From contig CBDEUK010000002.1 in the NCBI GenBank assembly GCA_965243205.1, forward strand, positions 1,440,001 to 1,504,000: 64,000 nucleotides of DNA, read 5' to 3'. Shown one piece after another: positions 42,259 through 53,027 of the stretch. This DNA is from Gammaproteobacteria bacterium. Its GTDB lineage: Bacteria > Pseudomonadota > Gammaproteobacteria > Eutrophobiales > Eutrophobiaceae. The notes under the pieces are model-generated. The model did no database searches, was not told the origin of the DNA, and saw nothing but the letters and a program-made list of their open reading frames with translations. The position numbers and the translations under genes are program-made. Every line of letters begins with the position of its first letter. The first letter of the stretch is position 1.

Positions 42259-42882
42259 TTAAAGATCGAAAGAAACTTGACCAGTAGATAACTCATGTAT
42301 ACCACCAACTAACATGATCTCATTGTTATCAAGCATTTCTTTAATGATAGTACTGCGCTCACTAATTTCTTTCATAGCTCTCTTTACATTAATGACAGTG
42401 ACTTTCTGCACGAAGTCATCATTTGCAGCACAACGATTATCTTGAACCGTTTCTTCGTCATCTACTGCCGGACGAATTTTGGTTAGCAACGCAGTTAAAT
42501 TACCCATCTCAACATGATCACATGCACCTTTAACAGCGCCGCATTGGGTATGGCCTAATACAACAATAATTTTCGAACCGGCTACCTTACAGGCAAATTC
42601 CATACTACCTAGAATATCCTCATTAATGATGTTTCCAGCGATACGCACACTAAAGATATCACCCAAGCCTTGGTCAAAAATTAACTCCGCAGAAGTTCTT
42701 GAATCAATGCAACTTAAAATTACAGCGAATGGATGTTGACCATCCGATGTTTCATTTGCTTGTTCAAGTAAGTTTCGATTGGCTTTAAGATTGCTGATGA
42801 AACGCTTATTTCCATCTTTCAATAAACTGAAAGCCATATCGGGGGTGATTTTATCCTGCATCTCTTTGGTTAATGTTTTCAT
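42259..42882 (-). CDS. Beta-class carbonic anhydrase
   Basis: CIDSR, RIAGN, GHTQCGAV. Confidence 0.93.
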   Translation of the reverse strand: MKTLTKEMQDKITPDMAFSLLKDGNKRFISNLKANRNLLEQANETSDGQHPFAVILSCIDSRTSAELIFDQGLGDIFSVRIAGNIINEDILGSMEFACKVAGSKIIVVLGHTQCGAVKGACDHVEMGNLTALLTKIRPAVDDEETVQDNRCAANDDFVQKVTVINVKRAMKEISERSTIIKEMLDNNEIMLVGGIHELSTGQVSFDL

Positions 42883-43369
42883 TTATGAACGCCTTACCTG
42901 TTAATGTATTCTTTATGCCATTGATTTAATTAAGAAAAAAAGACAACGTTTTTTTCTTATACTCTAAATATTAATTTTTAAACGGCGAATTTTCAATCTA
43001 AATAAGATTAATTGTTTTTAAGAATTGACGGCGAATATGCAAACTTAAATAAGGTGATTATGTTTGCAAGATGCAAGCAAAATTGAAAATTATAGGTAGT
43101 TCTATAAGAAACTGATTTAATTGAATCTTACATCCTTGAGACATTCCTTGTTGATTCAATCAAACCACAAAATCGATATATTTCCCAAAACCTATCCTTA
43201 AATGAGCCATCGATATAAGTATTAATTTTATCGGCAATCCACATAAAGTCCTTGATAGTACTTTAGTAGTAATTATGAATTTAGCTCTATCTAAGGAAAA
43301 TTTCCCATAAAAAAACCGAGGACGTATACATGAGTATGCATTTATGAGTTAAAGGAAAATGCTTACGTG

Positions 43370-44032
43370 TTAAGAGTAATTATTATCCGCTAATAATTGT
43401 TGAATGTTACTTTGAGTTTTTTGAACAAACCAACATTGACCATCTTGATCAAAATAATCGCTGGTTAGAAAGATAGAATTATCTAAATATTTTTCTAATC
43501 GAACAGCTGCCATTTTTGTCCATTCTTTCCATTCGACATTTTTGTTATAGAGTAAGTTATATTCTTCTAATAACCTGACACTGGTTTGTTTAAATTCGCT
43601 ATAGTCTGAGGCCAAACCAAATAAGTCACTATTCTTTACAAGCTTATCCTCATTCGAAACACAGGCTGCATCTTGATGGGTACTATTAATCGCTTGCTTC
43701 ACTTGCTCTATAAAAGCCTCTGAAAAATCATGCTGTCGCAATACTTCCTCAGCTAAATACGCAGAATAGGATTCTTTGGTCAGAAAACCTTTGCTTTTAT
43801 TATCTTCCTGATATCCCGCATCGTGAAATAAGATGGCATAAAACACGACGTCCATATCCACGGCAATCTGTTCTTGTTGGCATTTTTCTAACAATTTTTC
43901 TGAAGCAGAAAGCACATCATGGACATGATTAAAATTATGGTAGGGCAAACGAGAATCGTACAATGCTTCTGCAGCATCGATAATCGCTTGTCTGTTTTCG
44001 ACTAGCATGAGATTACTTTTTTGGGGCTCCAT
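43370..44032 (-). CDS. HD-domain phosphohydrolase
   Basis: YHNFNH, LFHDAGY, ES, SDL. Confidence 0.8.
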   Translation of the reverse strand: MEPQKSNLMLVENRQAIIDAAEALYDSRLPYHNFNHVHDVLSASEKLLEKCQQEQIAVDMDVVFYAILFHDAGYQEDNKSKGFLTKESYSAYLAEEVLRQHDFSEAFIEQVKQAINSTHQDAACVSNEDKLVKNSDLFGLASDYSEFKQTSVRLLEEYNLLYNKNVEWKEWTKMAAVRLEKYLDNSIFLTSDYFDQDGQCWFVQKTQSNIQQLLADNNYS

Positions 44033-44121
44033 TAATACTCAATCGGCTATTGAGCTAATTTGTTTAATTGTTTTTGTGATTTAAAGTCCATTTTTGTGAA
44101 TTGTAGCGTAAACTTAGGAAA

Positions 44122-45111
44122 TTAAACAGTTTTTATGATGGACGATTTAAAACTTACCCAAACATTATCCCCAGGATGAAGTGCTAATTCTTTCAATGCT
44201 TTGTGGGTAATAATGCACTGAAATCTCTCTCCTGCATCAATAGTTATCAATATCTGTTCTTGATATTCCTTAACTGAATTAATCTTACCCTCCAATCGAT
44301 TCTGCATGCTTGAGGTAATCAGTTCCTTTGATAAAACAATCTGTTTCGCATCGATAGCGATATGCTGGCCAGCTTCATATTTTTCAGGCAAGTGTAGTTT
44401 AATGTTGCCTGTATCAAAGATTTTTTCGCCTGGAATAATACTCCCTGAAAATAGATTCATTACATTCGAATCTAAGAGATGGCCATCTCTTAGTTGATAA
44501 ACGTCATGTGCCAACACATGGGCTTTCAAAGAATCATGTAGTGAAAAAATAATAGTGCATTTCTGCTGTTTTTTAAGATCCAATAGCCAAGTTTCAAACT
44601 CTTCTCTTGTACGCACATCCAAATGCGTAAACGGTTCATCCAGTATCAACACTTTAGGCTCAGTAATTAATGCACGAGCCCAAACAACTTTTTGCACTTC
44701 GCCACCCGACAATTGTTTGGCATTAGATTCCGCAAGATGACTCAAAGAACATTGTTCGATAATAGCTTGAGCTTTTTGTTTTCTTTCCTTTGAATTAACT
44801 CCTCGCAATTTCAAAGGTAACTCAATATTTTCATGCACACTCATGTTGAAAAGAAATGGCTTCTGTTGCACGTAAGCAATTTTATCTCGAATGGTTTTAT
44901 AATTTTCTTTATTAACTTCAAGATGACTAAAACGAATGCTTCCTTCTTGGATTGGCTGCACCAATGCTAAAAGATTTAACAAAGTCGATTTACCTGCCCC
45001 ATTAGGACCTAAAATGGCATAACTTTTTTTTGCTTCCAAAGAAATGGAAGGAATATCTAAGATCAAACGTTGGTCGTAATGATATCGGATGTTATTTAAT
45101 TGGTATTGCAT
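44122..45111 (-). CDS. tupC: Tungstate ABC ATPase with TOBE domain
   Basis: GPNGAGKST, LSGGE, 'SSMQNRLEG', TOBE tail. Confidence 0.8.
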   Translation of the reverse strand: MQYQLNNIRYHYDQRLILDIPSISLEAKKSYAILGPNGAGKSTLLNLLALVQPIQEGSIRFSHLEVNKENYKTIRDKIAYVQQKPFLFNMSVHENIELPLKLRGVNSKERKQKAQAIIEQCSLSHLAESNAKQLSGGEVQKVVWARALITEPKVLILDEPFTHLDVRTREEFETWLLDLKKQQKCTIIFSLHDSLKAHVLAHDVYQLRDGHLLDSNVMNLFSGSIIPGEKIFDTGNIKLHLPEKYEAGQHIAIDAKQIVLSKELITSSMQNRLEGKINSVKEYQEQILITIDAGERFQCIITHKALKELALHPGDNVWVSFKSSIIKTV

Positions 45112-45115
45112 CCGT

Positions 45116-45805
45116 TCACACCATTTTTTGGAAACGTTGAAAGATTAAATTCACAATAAAAGCAACGCTCAATAACAATAAACCTAATGCCAAAGCAAAT
45201 TCAAATTCTCCTTTACTAGTCTCAAGTGCAATCGCTGTTGTCATAGTGCGTGTAAAGCCTTGGATATTACCACCCAACATCATAGCAATTCCGACTTCAC
45301 CAATGGCTCGACCGAACGCAGCAATAATCGCAGCCATTAAACCAAATCGTAATTCACGAATCATTAACCAGGTTTGTTGAGTTTGAGTAGCACCTAAAGC
45401 TTTGCAAGTTTGATTTAATCTAGGATCGGCCGAAGATAAAGCGGCAATAGTTAAGTTAATCACAATAGGAGAAATTAAAACCCATTGACCAATGATCATA
45501 GCGCTTGGCGTAAACAACAAACCGTATTCGCCTAAAGGCCCTTGTCGAGTGAATAAGCCATACAAAAACAAACCGACCAATACCGTTGGCAATGACATTA
45601 AGGTATTTAAGGTTTGTAGAATAAATTGTTTGCCAACAAATTGATTAAAGCTAATGGCGAAAGCGATAGGAATACACGTTACTGTAGCTAAGAAAATTGC
45701 AACTAAGGAAATTTTTAATGAGATCCAAACAATGGAATAAATTTCTTTATCAAAACTAACTATGAGTCTAAAAGCTTCAGTGAATGCTTCAGTAAAATAT
45801 TCCAT
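45116..45805 (-). CDS. tupB: Tungstate ABC permease
   Basis: 'LMSLPTVLVGL', 'FGRAIGEVG..MMLGGNI...TRTMTTAIALET.KG'. Confidence 0.9.
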   Translation of the reverse strand: MEYFTEAFTEAFRLIVSFDKEIYSIVWISLKISLVAIFLATVTCIPIAFAISFNQFVGKQFILQTLNTLMSLPTVLVGLFLYGLFTRQGPLGEYGLLFTPSAMIIGQWVLISPIVINLTIAALSSADPRLNQTCKALGATQTQQTWLMIRELRFGLMAAIIAAFGRAIGEVGIAMMLGGNIQGFTRTMTTAIALETSKGEFEFALALGLLLLSVAFIVNLIFQRFQKMV

Positions 45806-45815
45806 GTTTATAAGG

Positions 45816-46613
45816 TTATTTGATCACATCTGGGTGAAATAATTGTTCGCCATTCACTTTATATTCACGAATCAAATTCTGACCTTGTTCACTTTGTAAA
45901 AAATTGACATAGGCTTGAGCTAAGTCTTTTTTGATATGCGAATGTCGTTCTGGATTTACCATAATAAAATGATATGGATTAAATAAAATAGGATCGCCTG
46001 CATAGGCAATGACTAAATCAATTTTATCTTTATAGGCTAAATAGGTTCCTCTATCCGCAAGTGTATAAGCTAATTTATCATTGGCCATCGTTATCACTGC
46101 CCCCATACCTTGACCTGCAGCGATATACCATTTTCCTGCGGGTTCTATTTTCGCAGACTTCCATAACGATAACTCTTTTTTATGTGTGCCTGAATCATCG
46201 CCACGAGAAATAAATTCTGCTTGATTCTTTGCAATTAACTCTAAGGCAGCCTTGCCATTTTCCGCTTGCTTTAATCCTGCTGGATCGTTATTTGAACCTA
46301 AGATCACAAAATCGTTATGCATGATTGGTAAACGTTCAACACCATAACCTTCAGCGACAAATTTTTTCTCTGCGCTTGGTGCATGCACTAATACGGCATC
46401 GACATCACCTTTTTCACCAAGCCTCAAAGCTTTACCTGTTCCAACTGCTATCACATCCACTTTTACATTATGTTGTTTTTCAAAGATCGGATTTAACACA
46501 TCCATCAAACCAGAGTTTTGAGTACTGGTAGTTGTCGCAAGTCTTAATCGTTCTTCTGCATGAGCAAAATGAGTTAACGATAAACAACATAATAAAAACC
46601 ATAAACGCATCAT
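45816..46613 (-). CDS. tupA: Tungstate-binding protein
   Basis: TTTS signature, GTGKAL, VHAP, SRGDDSGTH, DRGT. Confidence 0.92.
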   Translation of the reverse strand: MMRLWFLLCCLSLTHFAHAEERLRLATTTSTQNSGLMDVLNPIFEKQHNVKVDVIAVGTGKALRLGEKGDVDAVLVHAPSAEKKFVAEGYGVERLPIMHNDFVILGSNNDPAGLKQAENGKAALELIAKNQAEFISRGDDSGTHKKELSLWKSAKIEPAGKWYIAAGQGMGAVITMANDKLAYTLADRGTYLAYKDKIDLVIAYAGDPILFNPYHFIMVNPERHSHIKKDLAQAYVNFLQSEQGQNLIREYKVNGEQLFHPDVIK

Positions 46614-46631
46614 TTTAAAAACCTCGAACAA

Positions 46632-48005
46632 TTAAAATTTAAAACTGGCTTGAAGATAACCATAACTACTGTCGTCCTTATTAGCATCATCCATCACATC
46701 ACCTGCAAATAAATGTAACAAGCCAGCTTCTAAACGTAAATTACCCGGCAAGACATCCCAACGTACACGTCCTTCGATTTGTGTACCGATATAACTATTA
46801 TCATCACTAGGCGTAATCCTCCCAGTTGTCCATGCATCATCCGCGGAAGCTAGCCAAAAACCTCTTAATGCAACAAAACTCGTTACATGCGTTGCAGGTT
46901 TGAGTTTTAAACGCAAGCCAGGTGTACTTAAATTGGATCTAGCAAAAGCTCCATAAAGACTGGTTGGACCAAAATCAAAACGTCGCGCACCAAACAAAGT
47001 TTGGAAACGATTGTTCTCGCCATCGTTTGGATCATCATCGCCACTTGCGTAATCGTATTGAAATAATAACTGTGGTGACCAAGCAGCGTTAAATGTATAA
47101 CCGATTTCAACATGTTGAAAATGTGCTTGATGATCTAAATCTGTATTGGATGAAGTTGAACTACGCGAATCACCAAACTGCAACATCGACTCCACTTGAA
47201 AATCAAATTGACTGGTTTTAGGTTTGCGAAACACTCTAAAGCCTGCTGTATAAATATCTCGATCCGCAGTCGCTCTGCTAGGGGTATCATTCTCTTGTAA
47301 GCTCATAAAATATACTTCGGCATGATCACGCTCATTGCCCCAAGGCAATGATGCTGGTTTGAAATACACACCCCAAAAAGATACTTCTTCATCTTGTTTA
47401 TCAAACGCAGCTTGATTATCAATCGCATTGCCATCAAATAAACGTTGCACAGGTAAAGTATAAAACGCACGAAATTGATGTTTACTCGCACCCGTCCATT
47501 GCCAATCCACACCAGTAAATGCATTGATGGTATTGCGGTAACGATTACGCGCTACCAATCGACGACTGCCAACATCCATTGTGAATCGACCTAAGCGCAA
47601 TTTGCTTTGGCCATTCGTTACAAACAGATTATTCATTGGAATTTGTATATGGGCTTGCAATAAATCTGTTGGATTCACTATGGTCGTGTTTAAGGTGGTA
47701 CCTGAATCAGCCAACTCCGCTCTCGAATCGATCATTTCCCCTACAAACGCTGCAGCACCCAACTGGATTTCGCCTTTTACCAAAGTACGAAATACCAGTG
47801 CTTGATCGCCTCCATTGCCTGAACCACGATATTGTTCATCCAAATTTTCAAAGCGGCTGCGATGTTCTCCACTCAGGGAAAACCATTCTGGTAAACCGGC
47901 CGCCTCATTCAAGCGCCAAGCTTCAGCTTGTACAAACGTACAAGTCATAAACATTAAAAATACAGAAACACGCTCAACAATCTTTTTATATGTATCAATT
48001 TGCAT
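46632..48005 (-). CDS. Alginate-export (AlgE)-family outer-membrane beta-barrel
   Basis: Signal peptide, 'GSRRLVARNRYRNTINAF', 'YASGD', C-terminal Phe. Confidence 0.8.
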   Translation of the reverse strand: MQIDTYKKIVERVSVFLMFMTCTFVQAEAWRLNEAAGLPEWFSLSGEHRSRFENLDEQYRGSGNGGDQALVFRTLVKGEIQLGAAAFVGEMIDSRAELADSGTTLNTTIVNPTDLLQAHIQIPMNNLFVTNGQSKLRLGRFTMDVGSRRLVARNRYRNTINAFTGVDWQWTGASKHQFRAFYTLPVQRLFDGNAIDNQAAFDKQDEEVSFWGVYFKPASLPWGNERDHAEVYFMSLQENDTPSRATADRDIYTAGFRVFRKPKTSQFDFQVESMLQFGDSRSSTSSNTDLDHQAHFQHVEIGYTFNAAWSPQLLFQYDYASGDDDPNDGENNRFQTLFGARRFDFGPTSLYGAFARSNLSTPGLRLKLKPATHVTSFVALRGFWLASADDAWTTGRITPSDDNSYIGTQIEGRVRWDVLPGNLRLEAGLLHLFAGDVMDDANKDDSSYGYLQASFKF

Positions 48006-48082
48006 CAATTACTACTTCCAAACCACATTAAATACTAAAATAATAAGGTTTGGAGATAATAAGGTTTTTCCAAAATATTTAA

Positions 48083-48102
48083 ATATGTTCTATATTGCAT
48101 AT
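48083..48102. promoter_or_regulatory. Palindromic operator ATATG-N10-CATAT between tup operon and regulator
   Basis: ATATG-TTCTATATTG-CATAT; resembles ModE/FdsR-type operators. Confidence 0.5.
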
Positions 48103-48106
48103 ATAA

Positions 48107-49165
48107 ATGAAAATTCAACTGCAAACACGTTGGCAAACCTCCGATCCGAATTACCCTGAGATCGAACCGTTATTATTCAAACTGCTTGAAATGATGGGTG
48201 ACAACATTTCTCTGCGCCAAGCTGCAACAACTGAAAGCGTTTCCTATCGCCACGCCTGGGGGATTATTAAAAAATGGGAAAAAGCCTTTCATCAAGCCTT
48301 GGTAAAAACTCGCCGTGGCCGTTCAGGCAATAATGAATTAACCGAATTTGGGCTAAAATTATTAAAGCAGTATCAAACGACAACGCAACAACACGCTGCC
48401 GCTTTGTCACAAGACTCTGCTCGAATTAATCAAGCACTTCAGATAGAAAACGTAAAACATATTCGTTTCTTCGCGAGTCATGATCTTGCCGTCACACAAT
48501 TATCCGAATCACTTAAAGATGAATATAAAGATCAATTAATAATCCAAACTCATGGCAGCCTCGATGCAATAAAACTATTTGCTCAAAAACAATGTGACGT
48601 GATCGGTTTTCATTATCCATTAAACCCAGAATTTTCTGATCTCATTCAGGAATATAAAAATCATTTAAAAAACACCGACTGCGTTTTTATAAAACTCGCC
48701 GTACGTACTCAAGGATTAATCATAGCTAAAAACAATCCAAAAAAAATTCAATCCATTAATGATCTAAGTAAACGCTCAGTTAGATTCATAAACCGACAAC
48801 CTGACTCAGGCACACGAATTTTTTTAGATGCTTTATTCAAACAACAAAATATCCCAACTAAATCCATCAATGGATACCAACAAGAAGAGTTTACACACCT
48901 AGCTGTCGCAGCAATGATTGCAAGTGGCGTTGCGGATGTTGGAATGGGCATTGAAGCTGCCGCGAAACAATTTAATTTAGGTTTTATTCCGCTCATTCAA
49001 GAACAATATGTTATTGCATTTCAAAATACTCTATCTAAAAAAATACTCACTACATTTGAAAACACATTGAAGTCAAAACCTTTTCTTGAATATCTTAAAT
49101 CCTTAAAAGGTTATGAAACAAAAAACTGTGGTAAAAAACTGAATAAAGCTATTCTACTCAAATAA
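48107..49165 (+). CDS. ModE/FdsR-type regulator (wHTH + molybdate/tungstate PBP domain)
   Basis: 'SLRQAA...VSYRHAWG', ASHD, 'RFINRQPDSGTR', 'EEFTHLAVAA'. Confidence 0.85.
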   Translation: MKIQLQTRWQTSDPNYPEIEPLLFKLLEMMGDNISLRQAATTESVSYRHAWGIIKKWEKAFHQALVKTRRGRSGNNELTEFGLKLLKQYQTTTQQHAAALSQDSARINQALQIENVKHIRFFASHDLAVTQLSESLKDEYKDQLIIQTHGSLDAIKLFAQKQCDVIGFHYPLNPEFSDLIQEYKNHLKNTDCVFIKLAVRTQGLIIAKNNPKKIQSINDLSKRSVRFINRQPDSGTRIFLDALFKQQNIPTKSINGYQQEEFTHLAVAAMIASGVADVGMGIEAAAKQFNLGFIPLIQEQYVIAFQNTLSKKILTTFENTLKSKPFLEYLKSLKGYETKNCGKKLNKAILLK

Positions 49166-49325
49166 TTATATATGCATAGATTGTTTGCTTTAGACCATTA
49201 CTCTTTACTTTCTTCAAAAACACTAATTTTCACTCGTAATTGCTGGAATTTTCGCCAAATAACGTGTAATTTACCCGGCCTTTTACTATTCTCAAATATT
49301 ATAAATACGGCGAAAAACGAACAAC

Positions 49326-50687
49326 GTGAGCAAAAAATTATTCATTAAAACCTTCGGTTGTCAGATGAACGAATACGATTCTGACAAAATGCGCGATGTG
49401 CTGGGTGAAACCGAGCAAATGGTGGAAACCGATACGCCTGAGGACGCTGACGTTATTCTAGTGAATACCTGCTCAATCCGTGAAAAAGCCCAGGAGAAGC
49501 TATTTTCAGAACTTGGGCGCTGGCGTCATTTAAAAGAGGCTAAGCCAGATTTAAAGATTGGTGTAGGTGGCTGTGTTGCAAGCCAAGAGGGTGAATTAAT
49601 CTGGCAACGTGCACCGTATGTCGATGTGATTTTTGGCCCACAAACCCTGCATCGCCTACCTGAAATGCTGAAGAAATCGGATGATAAGCCTGTTGCCGAT
49701 ATCAGCTTTCCTGAAATAGAAAAATTTGATCGCCTGCCAGAACCCAAAGCTGAAGGACCGAGCGCCTTTTTATCGATTATGGAAGGCTGTAGTAAGTACT
49801 GTACCTTCTGTGTTGTACCTTACACGCGTGGCGAAGAAATCAGCCGACCATTTGATGATGTATTGACCGAAGCTGCTCAATTAGCAGAACAAGGTGTAAG
49901 AGAAATTAATTTACTCGGCCAAAATGTAAATGCCTATCGTGGGGAAATGCATACGGGTGAGATTGCTGATTTAGCGATGTTGATCGAATACATTGCTGCG
50001 ATTGAAGGTATCGATCGCATTCGTTACACCACTTCGCATCCTGTGGAGTTTTCCGATAGCTTGATTGAAGTGTATGGGCGTGTACCTGAACTAGTCGATC
50101 ACTTACACCTTCCAGTACAAAGTGGTTCTGATCGTATTTTAGCCTTAATGAAACGTGGACATACCCGTTTGGAATACAAAGCGAAGATTCGTCGTTTAAA
50201 AGAGATTCGCCCTAACCTTTCCATGTCTTCAGACTTTATCATTGGCTTTCCAGGTGAAACCGATAAAGATTTTCAAGATACAATGAACCTGATTGCAGAC
50301 ATTGGTTACGACCAATGTTTTAGTTTTATTTACAGTCAACGTCCTGGAACACCTGCTGCTAATTTGCCAGATGATGTGGCAATGGAAGTGAAGAAAGAAA
50401 GACTACAAATTTTACAAAACCGCATTAATCAAATGGCCTATGAAATCAGTCAAAATATGATTGGTACTGTACAAAACATATTGGTTGATGGTGTTTCGAA
50501 AAAAGATCCCAATCAAATTCGTGGCCGCACCGAAAACAATCGCATTGTAAATTTTACTGGGCCAGAAGAGTTAATTGGTGATTTTGCCCAAGTCAAAATT
50601 ACTGAAGCCTTACCAAATTCATTACGTGGTGAATTATTATCACCAAATGATCTCAATCAAGATAAACCGCAATACGCTGTTAATTAA
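49326..50687 (+). CDS. miaB: tRNA-2-methylthio-N6-dimethylallyladenosine synthase
   Basis: [19 protein letters not shown] radical SAM motif, TRAM domain. Confidence 0.97.
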   Translation: MSKKLFIKTFGCQMNEYDSDKMRDVLGETEQMVETDTPEDADVILVNTCSIREKAQEKLFSELGRWRHLKEAKPDLKIGVGGCVASQEGELIWQRAPYVDVIFGPQTLHRLPEMLKKSDDKPVADISFPEIEKFDRLPEPKAEGPSAFLSIMEGCSKYCTFCVVPYTRGEEISRPFDDVLTEAAQLAEQGVREINLLGQNVNAYRGEMHTGEIADLAMLIEYIAAIEGIDRIRYTTSHPVEFSDSLIEVYGRVPELVDHLHLPVQSGSDRILALMKRGHTRLEYKAKIRRLKEIRPNLSMSSDFIIGFPGETDKDFQDTMNLIADIGYDQCFSFIYSQRPGTPAANLPDDVAMEVKKERLQILQNRINQMAYEISQNMIGTVQNILVDGVSKKDPNQIRGRTENNRIVNFTGPEELIGDFAQVKITEALPNSLRGELLSPNDLNQDKPQYAVN

Positions 50688-50714
50688 TTTTCTATATCGA
50701 TAATAAAATCTGTT

Positions 50715-51689
50715 TTGCACACTTCTAATTTACAACTATTACCCGCTGATAATGAACGCTTAGCCAACCTTTGTGGTGCTTTGGATTCACACCTACGCCA
50801 GATCGAATTGGGTTTGGGCATCGAAGTAAAAAACCGTGGTAATGAATTTCAAATCACTGGTCCACTAGAAACAGTCGTTGTAGCCGAAAACTTAATTAAT
50901 GCTATGTATGAAAGTACTGAGCAAGAAGCCCTGACTCCTGCTCAAGTACATTTGTTTTTACAAGAAGCAGGGATAGAAGATGTTTTAAAAGATGACCCTA
51001 TCAACGATGTTTCAGTAAAAACTCGTCGCAATGTGATCCGAGGTCGTAGCCCAAATCAAAAACGTTATCTTTATAACATTTTAAATAACGATATTAATTT
51101 TGGTATTGGCCCAGCTGGTACTGGTAAAACCTATTTAGCCGTTGCTTGTGCTGTCGCGGCATTAGAATCCGATAAAGTCAGACGCTTAGTGTTAGTCAGA
51201 CCTGCTGTTGAAGCTGGAGAGAAATTAGGATTTTTACCAGGTGATTTAGTACAAAAAGTCGACCCATATTTACGACCTTTGTACGATGCTTTATATGAAA
51301 TGTTAGGTTTTGAACGCGTCGCCAAATTGATAGAACGTAATGTGATTGAAATTGCACCCTTGGCTTTTATGCGTGGACGAACCCTAAATGAATCATTCAT
51401 TATTTTGGACGAAGCACAAAACACCACGACCGAACAAATGAAGATGTTTTTAACACGTATCGGTTTTGGTTCAACGGCCGTTGTCACTGGCGATGTTACA
51501 CAGATTGATTTACCAAGAGCCAAAGATTCAGGTTTAAAGCATGTATTAAATGTTTTGGATCATGAAGATGGCATTAGCTTTTCGTTTTTTAAATCTGTCG
51601 ATGTGGTAAGACATCCCCTAGTTGCTAGAATCCTCAATGCTTATGAAAAACATGAGAATTCTAAAAAACACTCACAAGATGACGCCTGA
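50715..51689 (+). CDS. phoH: PhoH-like ATPase (YbeZ)
   Basis: GPAGTGKT, RPAVEAGEKLGFLPG, FMRGRT, DEAQN. Confidence 0.95.
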   Translation: MHTSNLQLLPADNERLANLCGALDSHLRQIELGLGIEVKNRGNEFQITGPLETVVVAENLINAMYESTEQEALTPAQVHLFLQEAGIEDVLKDDPINDVSVKTRRNVIRGRSPNQKRYLYNILNNDINFGIGPAGTGKTYLAVACAVAALESDKVRRLVLVRPAVEAGEKLGFLPGDLVQKVDPYLRPLYDALYEMLGFERVAKLIERNVIEIAPLAFMRGRTLNESFIILDEAQNTTTEQMKMFLTRIGFGSTAVVTGDVTQIDLPRAKDSGLKHVLNVLDHEDGISFSFFKSVDVVRHPLVARILNAYEKHENSKKHSQDDA

Positions 51690-52131
51690 AGTAACCGTTC
51701 AATCCATTACCGAGAGTAATGGTATTCCATCAGATCAAAAATTAACTCAATGGTGTCACGCAGTGATTCATGATCTTAATGAATCAAAAGAACTCACCAT
51801 TCGTATCGTAGATGAGCATGAAAGTGCAGAATTAAATGAAGCGTGGCGAAATAAAACAGGCCCGACCAATGTACTATCGTTTCCCTTTGATGATGATTTT
51901 GAACATACGAAAATATTAGGTGATCTAGTGATCTGTGCATCCATATTAGAAAAGGAAGCAAAACAGCAAAATAAGCCATTGGAAGCACATTGGGCGCACA
52001 TAATTATTCATGGAAGCTTGCATTTATTAGGCTATGATCATATTAATAGTACTGATGCAGAGATTATGGAATCGAAGGAACAGCAAATAATGGCCGATTT
52101 AGGCTTTAAAAACCCTTATCAACTACCCTAG
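51679..52131 (+). CDS. ybeY: rRNA maturation endoribonuclease
   Basis: PTNVLSFP, HGSLHLLGYDH. Confidence 0.95.
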   Translation: MTPEVTVQSITESNGIPSDQKLTQWCHAVIHDLNESKELTIRIVDEHESAELNEAWRNKTGPTNVLSFPFDDDFEHTKILGDLVICASILEKEAKQQNKPLEAHWAHIIIHGSLHLLGYDHINSTDAEIMESKEQQIMADLGFKNPYQLP

Positions 52132-52136
52132 CTACA

Positions 52137-53009
52137 ATGGCAAACGACAAACCTCCATCGAGTAATTCACAACGTTCATTTAAAGATTGGCTGGCAGACT
52201 GGTTCTCAAATGCACCTACTGACCGCGAATCACTTATCGATTTAATTCGTTCTGCAGAAGAAAATAATATTCTTGCACCCGATGCCCTCGCTATGATTGA
52301 AGGTGCGCTAGAAGTCTGTGAAATGCGGGTACGCGACATCATGATCCCGCGTATTCAAATGGTGGTCTTAGATTATGAGGCTGAACTCGATAGTATTTTA
52401 AAAACTGTCATTGAATCTGGCCATTCACGATTTCCAGTCATCGATAAAGATAGCGATGAAATCAAAGGTATTTTATTAGCTAAAGATTTACTGCAGTATT
52501 TTGTTGAACATAATCATGCAAGTTTTGATATAGATTCTTTAATACGCCCTGCTTATTTTGTCCCTGAAAGCAAACGCTTAAATGTACTGTTGCGCGAGTT
52601 TCGTTCCAGTCGTAATCATATCGCTATTATCGTCGATGAATACAGTAACCATGCAGGTTTAGTCACTATTGAAGATGTGATTGAGGAAATTGTTGGTGAG
52701 ATCGAAGATGAACACGATAGTGAAGAAGAAGAATTAATCCAGCAACAAAGTCGAAATCGTTTCACTGTAAAAGCAATGACACCGATCGACGAGTTTAATG
52801 ATTATTTTAACGTTGAATTTAACGACGATGAATTTGATACGATCGGCGGTTTTGTTTTAAACGCGTTCGGTCATGTACCGAAACGCGGAGAAGCGATGCA
52901 ACTCAATAATTTTAATGTAAAGATATTACGTTCGGATAAGCGTCGAATACACTTAATGCGTTTTACTCTAAAAGAACAATTAGAATCTGAGACTGAAGAA
53001 ACATCCTAA
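52137..53009 (+). CDS. corC: CorC/HlyC CBS-domain protein
   Basis: SGHSRFPV, FVPESK, VTIEDVIEEIVGEIEDE. Confidence 0.92.
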   Translation: MANDKPPSSNSQRSFKDWLADWFSNAPTDRESLIDLIRSAEENNILAPDALAMIEGALEVCEMRVRDIMIPRIQMVVLDYEAELDSILKTVIESGHSRFPVIDKDSDEIKGILLAKDLLQYFVEHNHASFDIDSLIRPAYFVPESKRLNVLLREFRSSRNHIAIIVDEYSNHAGLVTIEDVIEEIVGEIEDEHDSEEEELIQQQSRNRFTVKAMTPIDEFNDYFNVEFNDDEFDTIGGFVLNAFGHVPKRGEAMQLNNFNVKILRSDKRRIHLMRFTLKEQLESETEETS

Positions 53010-53027
53010 ACAGAGTAGTACTCTTTC

